Origin: the human T2T-CHM13v2.0 reference genome, Homo sapiens
Assembly: GCF_009914755.1 (NCBI RefSeq)
Contig: NC_060933.1
Length of the DNA stretch: 64,000 nucleotides
Reading direction: 5' to 3' (one strand)
Shown: one piece after another, positions 56,746 through 64,000 of the stretch
Position numbering within the stretch: position 1 is the first letter of the stretch
How the letters are laid out: every line of letters starts with the position of its first letter
Made by a program: the position numbers and the translations under genes
Notes under the pieces: model-generated
What the model saw: only the letters and a program-made list of their open reading frames with translations
Database searches by the model: none
What the model was told of the DNA's origin: nothing

Positions 56746-58244
56746 AAGAAGAGACAAAACGAAATGCCAGAACAGTAGGCAGTAATCTAAAAACAAAACA
56801 AAACAAATTAACAAGACAATAACAACAACAGCAAAAATAGAAAATCATTGTTGCATTAAATTAAATATTATGAGGGGGACAAAATATATCCTTACTATAC
56901 TACTTGAAATTGTTATTGTTCTGCCAGGAAGCTTTTCCTAACAACTTCCTTTACAAAGGTAGAATTAAATAAGAAATATAGATTTTAAATTTCTTTTAAA
57001 TGTTGCTTTCAGGTACATCAGAACAAGCTGAATAAAGGAAGATGCCTTATTGATTGACTTCTCTTTATATGCCCATGGTGTGGCAAAATGCTAAGCATGT
57101 AGGAGACACTTGATGATTGAATGAAATAATGGATTCATGGGAACTAGCAAAGAACCTCAAAAGCAGGATGATTATTCAGCTAGTATATCTGTCTATAAGG
57201 AGACACAAGTGAAATGTCCTCATTCTTACACCATACTTCTAGAATTGGCTTACAAATTATCTCTTCATATTTCCAACCAAAAATTGAAATATGAGTTGTA
57301 GAGGCAGTTCAAACCATTTTAATTGAGAATGAAGACAGATCGACCAGAGTCAAATTCTTTTTAGAGGGAAATATAATGAACCAGAAATAGGTCAACAAAT
57401 ATTATTCAATTAAGTGAAAAAGATTTGAAAATTTTCTTATCAATTAAATATGAGTTTTTAAATGGTTTTAGTTTGGGCATGGGGGTAAGTTTAAAATTTT
57501 CTAACACTGAGAGCTCTTAGGATGACAATTTCCCAATTAAAAGAATTAAGACATAGTTTTATTTTCATAAATCAAAAATGTTTACTCACATAAAAATGTG
57601 CCCCTAACAGTGTATGGCCATGAAGAAGAACTCACAAAATATGTGTTATCTCTGTTCTCCTTAAGTTGATATATTACAATTTTATAATTATCACAAGTAA
57701 TGCTTTAACAGTTGTAGAGCTTAAAGAAGATTTTCCTCATTAGCTATTTTAGTTTCACATTCCTTTTTTTATTAATATGGGAAGTATAAAGGTAATTTTT
57801 GACATATTTAAGAAATGCTGTTGCACACAATTTCTAAATGAAAAGAGAAGCAGCTTAAAGGCTCACATCATCCTTATTCGCATGCATGAAGAAGATATCA
57901 GTATAATATGCCCTCTAAATTTCAGGGTACCCATGGAATTTACCCTGGCCACATATACATTTTTCATGCATCAAGCTACATATCATTTTCCATGCAAAAA
58001 CTAAGACTCAGATTATAGGTGAATAACTCTGAAATTTCTCCCTTATTTTCTGACCTTCCTGACTTCTTTTGATAGGCTGTGGATGGTTAGCTACCTAAAG
58101 GTTTAATGCAAACTTAGTTCCCAAACACCTGTTTTAAAAGACTGATCATATGGTTTAGCACTTCAATATGTAATGTGGCGAACTTGTTATGTACTGTCTT
58201 AAAACTCCATTGATGAACCCATTTTGTCAGTACTGAGGAAAACG

Positions 58245-59465
58245 GCATGAACCATGAAGGAAAGAATTGATAAGTTAGGCACTATTAAACTTAAAAAATA
58301 TATGATTTGAGATATTGTCAAGGGAATAAAAAGACAAATCGAAGACTAAGAATATTTATAAAAGACACATTTGATAAAAGACAGTTATCTAAAATACACA
58401 AAGAACACTTACAACTCAATGATAAGAAAACAAACAACCCAAATACAAAACGGGCCAAAAACTTTAATACACACGTCACCAAAAATAGTTAATAATAATA
58501 ATAATATTAGTGGCAAATATGTCATATGTCATACGTCATTAGGGAATGGAAAAGTAAAATAATGATGTGATCCTACTATACTCACAGAGAGTGCCTAAAA
58601 TCCAAAACAGTGATAACACCAAAAGGTAGCAACATTTGGGACCATAGGAACTCTCATTCATTGCTGGTGGGAATGCAACATGGTATAGGCACTTTGGAAG
58701 CCAGTTGGCAATTTCTTTCAAAATTAAACATACCGTTATACAATCCAGCAATTGTGCTTATTGATATTTATACAGAGGAAATGAAAATTTATGTCTATTT
58801 AAAAAACAACACAACACATGTATGTTGTATAGCAGCTGTATTCATAATTGCCAAAACTTGGAAGCTGTCACGACGTCCTGCAGTAGGTAAATGTGTAAAT
58901 AAACTGTGGTATATCCAGACAATGGAATATTACTGACTACTAAAATAAAATGTGTTACCAAGCCACAAAAAGACATGGAGAAAAAAATGTATATTAATCC
59001 GTGAAGGATGCCAGTTTGAAAGGCTTCGTACTATATGTTCCCAACTATGTGGCTTTCTGAAGAAGTCAAAACTATGGAAAGAGTATAAAAAATCAGTGGT
59101 TACCATCAGTTAGGAGGAAAGATGGATAAATAGGCAAAACATAGATAATTTTTAGGGCAGTATAACTATTCTAGATCATACTATAATGATGGATACCTGG
59201 CATTACACATTTGTCCAAATTCATCAAATGTACAACAACAGGAGTGAGTCTTAATATAAACTATGGGCTTTGGACAATAGTGATGTGTCAGTGTAGCTTC
59301 ATTGATTACAGTAAATTTACCACTCTGGTGGGGAATGTTATAATGGGGGAGATTATGCATGTATGAGGGCAGGAGATACATACCCTTTTTATCTTTTTAT
59401 CTTTTCTTAAAATTTTTTGTGTATCTAAAACTGCTCTTAAAAAGAGGCCTATTAAAAAAATAAAG
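58245..59465 (+). mobile_element. L1MC/MD-like 3' portion
   Basis: GAACACTTACAACTCAA..CATTCATTGCTGGTGGGAATGC..AAACTATGGGCTTTGG..TAAAACTGCTCT. Confidence 0.85.
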
Positions 59466-59559
59466 TTCACAGGTAAAGGTAAATATATGAGCAATTATAA
59501 AAACAGTACTATTGTAATTTTGCATTATAGTTCTATTTTTTAGTTCCCATGAGTTAAAG

Positions 59560-59613
<54 letters not shown>

Positions 59614-60237
59614 CATTCAATGTATAAAGATGTAATGTGTGACGACAACATAAAAGGGGCAATGAAACTACATAAGAGCAGAGTTTTTGTTTACTATTAT
59701 CATTGGTAACAATTCAAATGAGATTGTTATAAATTTGGGATGTTAAATGTAATCCCCATGGTAAGAGCAATAAAAATATCCAAAATATGTAACCAAAGCA
59801 AGTTAGAAGAAAACCCAAATATTTCACTACAAAATATGAAGTAAACACAAAGGAAGTCAACAATGAAAGATATGAGAAATAAAAAATATAAATCCCAGAA
59901 AAAAATAATGAAATGACAAAAGCAAGTCCTGCCTTATTAGTAATTACTCTAAATGCAAAGATTGGAAGAATGGATCTAAAAAACATATGATGCAACTGTA
60001 TGTGGTTTACAAAGATTTAATTTAGATCCAAAGACACAAACAGGTTGAAAGCGAAATGATGGAAAGAAGCTAAAACCATGAAAATGAGAAGAAAATATCA
60101 ATGTAAATTTTTATGACATCAGATTTGGCAATGGATTCTTAGTTATAACACCAGGAGCACCAGAAGCAAAGCAAAAAAATAGATAAATTAAATCTCAACA
60201 CAATTAAAACTTTGTACATCAAAGGACAAGTTTTTCT
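59466..60237 (+). mobile_element. Old L1M fragments (inter-ORF/ORF2 start plus a distal ORF2 piece)
   Basis: TAAATGTAATCCCCATGGTAA, AGTAATTACTCTAAATGCAAA, CAAAGACACAAACAGGTTGAAAG and TTTGGCAATGGATTCTTAG. Confidence 0.75.
59560..59613. repeat. (TATC)n / (GATA)n tetranucleotide STR, ~13 perfect units
   Basis: Read directly from the sequence. Confidence 0.97.
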
Positions 60238-60550
60238 GGCTGGGCACAGTGGCTCACACCTGTAATCCCAGCACTTCGGGAGGCCAAGGCGGGCGGATCA
60301 CGAGGTCAGGAGATGGAGACCATCCTGGCTAACAGGGTGAAACCCCGTCTCTACTAAAAGTACGAAAAATTAGCCAGGCGTGGTGGCACGTGCCTGTAGT
60401 CCCAACTACTCAGGAGGCTGAGGCAGGAGAATGGCGTGAACCCAGGAGGCGGAGCTTGCAGTGAGCAGAGATCTTGCTGCTGCACTCCAGCCTGGGCGAC
60501 AGAGCAAGACTACGTCTCAAAAAAAAAAAAAAAAAAAAAAAGAAAGAAAA
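60238..60550 (+). mobile_element. AluY
   Basis: GAGACCATCCTGGCTAAC, GAATGGCGTGAACCC and GGAGCTTGCAG diagnostics. Long A tail. No TSD seen. Confidence 0.97.
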
Positions 60551-62879
60551 TATATATGCAACTTGACATTGTGGTTTGGACTTCATAAATAGCGTGCTTT
60601 CACACAACATAGATGCTCTAATTTACAAAAAAAAATTTCCAAGTATTTTGAAAATGAACAAATGAAAAATAGTTTCAAATAGGTGGGGAATTTTTAGAAA
60701 GTGCTTACTTTTCTCTTCAATGGTCTGATTTGAGTGCCAATGGTGAAACAGCAAAACAAACCTGACACATAAACCCAAGACTTGTGGATGAAAATAAGAA
60801 AAGATGAGCACCTAACAGAGAATGCTTAGGAAACTAAACACATTTTATGTTTTTAGAAATATTCTGGATTGAGCTCAGATAAATATTGCCAGCCTAGCTT
60901 GTCATAATTGTCAGCTGGTTTGGGGCAAGCCTGATCCATCAAACCTCAGGGGACAGATAGGATCTTTGTAACAGAGGCACATTCAGAAATAGAATTAGGT
61001 GAAAGTCGGGAGTTTCTCAACCTAATTGGTCCAAATCTGAAATGAAAACAGCTGACACATTTTGCTTGGGAATTTTGCAAATCACTATCAAACTTAAATA
61101 AAACAATGTAGCAAAATAGCACACTGGCCAAAGATGGCTTTGCATTTTAGCCTTTCTGTAAGAAATGGATTGTTGTTCTTTGTCAAGTTGCAATTCCACA
61201 TCATCAGTTACCTTTATCCCTTTTCTTCATGACTTTCATTCTTCCAAAAGCTATGTCATGTTCATACTTTTGAGAGAATACATATTTCCTCTTTAAAAAA
61301 AAATCTCATGTGATGATTCTATTTTTCACTTTTCATAATCAACTAAGGAACAATGAATGTAGAAAGGAAGACTTATTCGCAGAAAATTGGCTGAGGAAGC
61401 CAAAAAAGAATTTGCTGAATTGCGTATTTTTTTTCTACACTAAACAGTCAGGAGACAAATGAAATAGAAGAAGGAAGTAAAGCTTTGCTATATTTGTTTT
61501 CAGATAGATTAATATATTTGTCAAAAGTTAGATTACAATAAGAGAGCTCTCAAAATATGACCAGCTTGATAGTCAGGCTGGAAAGTCAAAATTGAGCTGG
61601 ATCTATTACAAAATACAGATATCACAAAGAAGTATTTGCTAAAATGTCAAACTTTAAATACACAGAACAATTGAAGTCCTTGCTTAATTTTATCCAATTA
61701 GTTGTAATGTATAAATGGTACAAATTAAAAACACTAGATGTAATGTTAAATTGAGGAATGACTTGAAAATCACTAAGATGCAGTATGACATTGAATTTTA
61801 TGACTGTTGTATACAAAGATAATTTCAATATCATTTATTTGTGGGTTTTGAAAATGGATGTGAATATTTGAAACTTCTATGTTATCTACACATAGACACA
61901 GATGTGTCTTTAGTTTGCTTTTAAAAGTCTACACCCAAAATAATACAAGAAATGGCTTTGCTCTCCATAATTTATGTTAAGGTCAGTAAGATGCAAATGA
62001 GTGTGAGAGAAGTTTATTTGATTAAATTATGGAGTAAGTTTTCTTTCAAGGAAGATTTATTTAGAAAAGTTATTTGATTTTAAAAGATTTTAATACATTT
62101 ACTCATATTTTAAAAAGGGGCCACAAATTATTCTCCGGTACATCTTCAATAATTCTTTTTAATCACTTCAGCTCTTCATTTCTAAAATCAAACGAGTACA
62201 TGTAAAAATATATTTTAGATATATTGATATTTTAAAATGTTTTAAGACTACGAGAATGGAGGCAGTATGTAATGATCCTTTAGACTTGCCTACCCATTAT
62301 TCTAAATTAATATTCCACGGTGGTGTACATAGGATAGAAACTTAGGGGTTTCTATGTTGGTCTTTTTTCAAATGTTATTTAACTTGTATATTAAGTCAGA
62401 GTTTATAACTTTTTAAGTCTTTTCCTGTTCTAATACTTACTGATGCAATGGATACAACTTAAAAAATATGTAATGGGACATATAATATTTATCTTTGTCT
62501 TAAATTCAGAAGTCATACAGTCTGAAACATTATTCCTGAAAACAAAGTTTCAATTTGAGAGTAAAGTTTTTAAAAAGAAGAACAGTTTCTGTTTTATTTT
62601 GTTCTGCTTTCTTATTTTACCCTTCAGAAATTCTTAATTTAAGTTTTGAGTTGAATCTAAAATGCAAGGTCTGTAGAACCTGAGCTTGTCTTCAGGAACC
62701 ATCTGAATGCAGTTTGAGAAAAATCCATCAAAATGGAAATCATATCTGATAATAAACAAATGATCTGTTACATACTTCAAATAAATGTAAATCAAAACAG
62801 ACAACAGACTTTTATAGGAAAGTACAAATTGCCAAAAACATAACCATTTAATTATATACTTATTTTTTGAGGCATCAAA

Positions 62880-64000
62880 GAAAAAAAGGTGCTTTTTGGA
62901 GCAAATATTGAAAAAGAATTAAGAACTTCTGCATCTAAATGTGACTGAGTAGCTCGAAGCAGAACTATATGCCTAACAAGAACAAATATAAAACTTCTAA
63001 AACATTTTTAGGAATTAGTTTTATGCATTAAAAAGAACCAACATTGCAAGGACCTGAGAGACCAAAACACTTAAGTCAATGGAAAATCAATAAAATAATT
63101 CTGATATTCTACCACATTTTCCCTCAAGGCATCTACTAATTGTCAAGTTAGTTCACATTCCATAGGGTGAGAAAATGAATAAAAAAGACCACAAGTGAGA
63201 TGCAAAGTAGAGCTTTCAGCAGTTTCCTAGTGCTGAGGAGACTAAAAAAAAAATTAATTCAGGAATTTTCAGAGAAAGGGCTCTGATAAAAATTCTAGAT
63301 AAACATCCCTTCAAAGCCCTGAAGAGCTTTAGTGTATGAGCAATAGAGAAACAAAAATAAACCATTTCTTACAAAGACTGCAACATAGCCTTTAACTAAC
63401 TCAATCCTTTATTGGATGAAGGTAGTTTATCTGTATTTTAATTGCCTAAAACAAAACTAAGTTCCTAACTAAATCATATTTACTGGGCATTTCAAGACAC
63501 AGGGTCAAGAGAACAGACAATGAAAAGAGATTTGCAGGTGGTTAGGATAATGGATAGAAAATATGAGCATTAAGCATACTGTGGTTAATATGTGGAAACA
63601 AAAAACAATAAGGTGGCTAATGCCAATGGAGAACAAAGTCTTTTTCAAAAAAAAGAATTATAATTCTATAACTGAAAAGTATATTAACTGAAATTATGAA
63701 CCAAATTGATGAGTCTAACAGTAAATCAGATAGTTCTAATGTGAAAATTAGTAAACAGGAATATATATCAATGGTAAATATTAGATGAAACCATCATGAG
63801 AAAATAAAAGAGGAAAAAAAAACAAAAAACAAAAATGAGAGTCATACATGATGAAAAGATCTTGCAGGCATGCAATTGCAACTCCAAAATGTAAGACGAT
63901 AACAAATGAGATAGAAGCAATCTGTGAAGAGACAGAGGCCAAGAATTGCTCAACGCTGGCAAAAAATATCAAGGTCCCAATTCAAGAAATAATGAAAATA
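62880..64000 (+). mobile_element. Very old L1M 5'/ORF1-region fragment
   Basis: A-rich, with ORF1-like AAAACTGAAA..AACTGAAAT..AACAGTAAATCAG..AATTAGTAAAC and CAATTCAAGAA segments. Confidence 0.5.

Noticed and set aside
55643-58936. Several 60-108 aa ORFs
   Set aside because: They are decayed L1 ORF2 frames or chance ORFs.

Overview
This is AT-rich, CpG-poor primate genomic DNA (catarrhine, most likely human or ape, since AluY-type copies are present). It reads as intronic or intergenic, and no intact host-gene exon is recognisable. Interspersed repeats dominate: about 15 Alus, old L1 and L2/MIR fragments, MaLR and ERV1 solo LTRs (one nested pair), a 3' proviral remnant with env, hAT MITEs and microsatellites. 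Two structures stand out. (1) A 2.35-kb insertion (53026-55379), bounded by a perfect 15-bp target-site duplication inside an old L1, is a retrocopy of a chimeric transcript. It joins a repeat-laden leader to an intronless AGAP1/AGAP4-AGAP11-family PH-domain region with about 320 open codons, then to an LTR-derived poly(A) end. (2) A full-length, decayed Hsmar1 mariner (27880-29293) carries a ~166-bp insertion, of which ~90 bp is a diverged copy of unique sequence 2.3 kb upstream. Repeat family names were assigned from memory of consensus sequences, not from a database search. Repeat boundaries are approximate unless a TSD is quoted.
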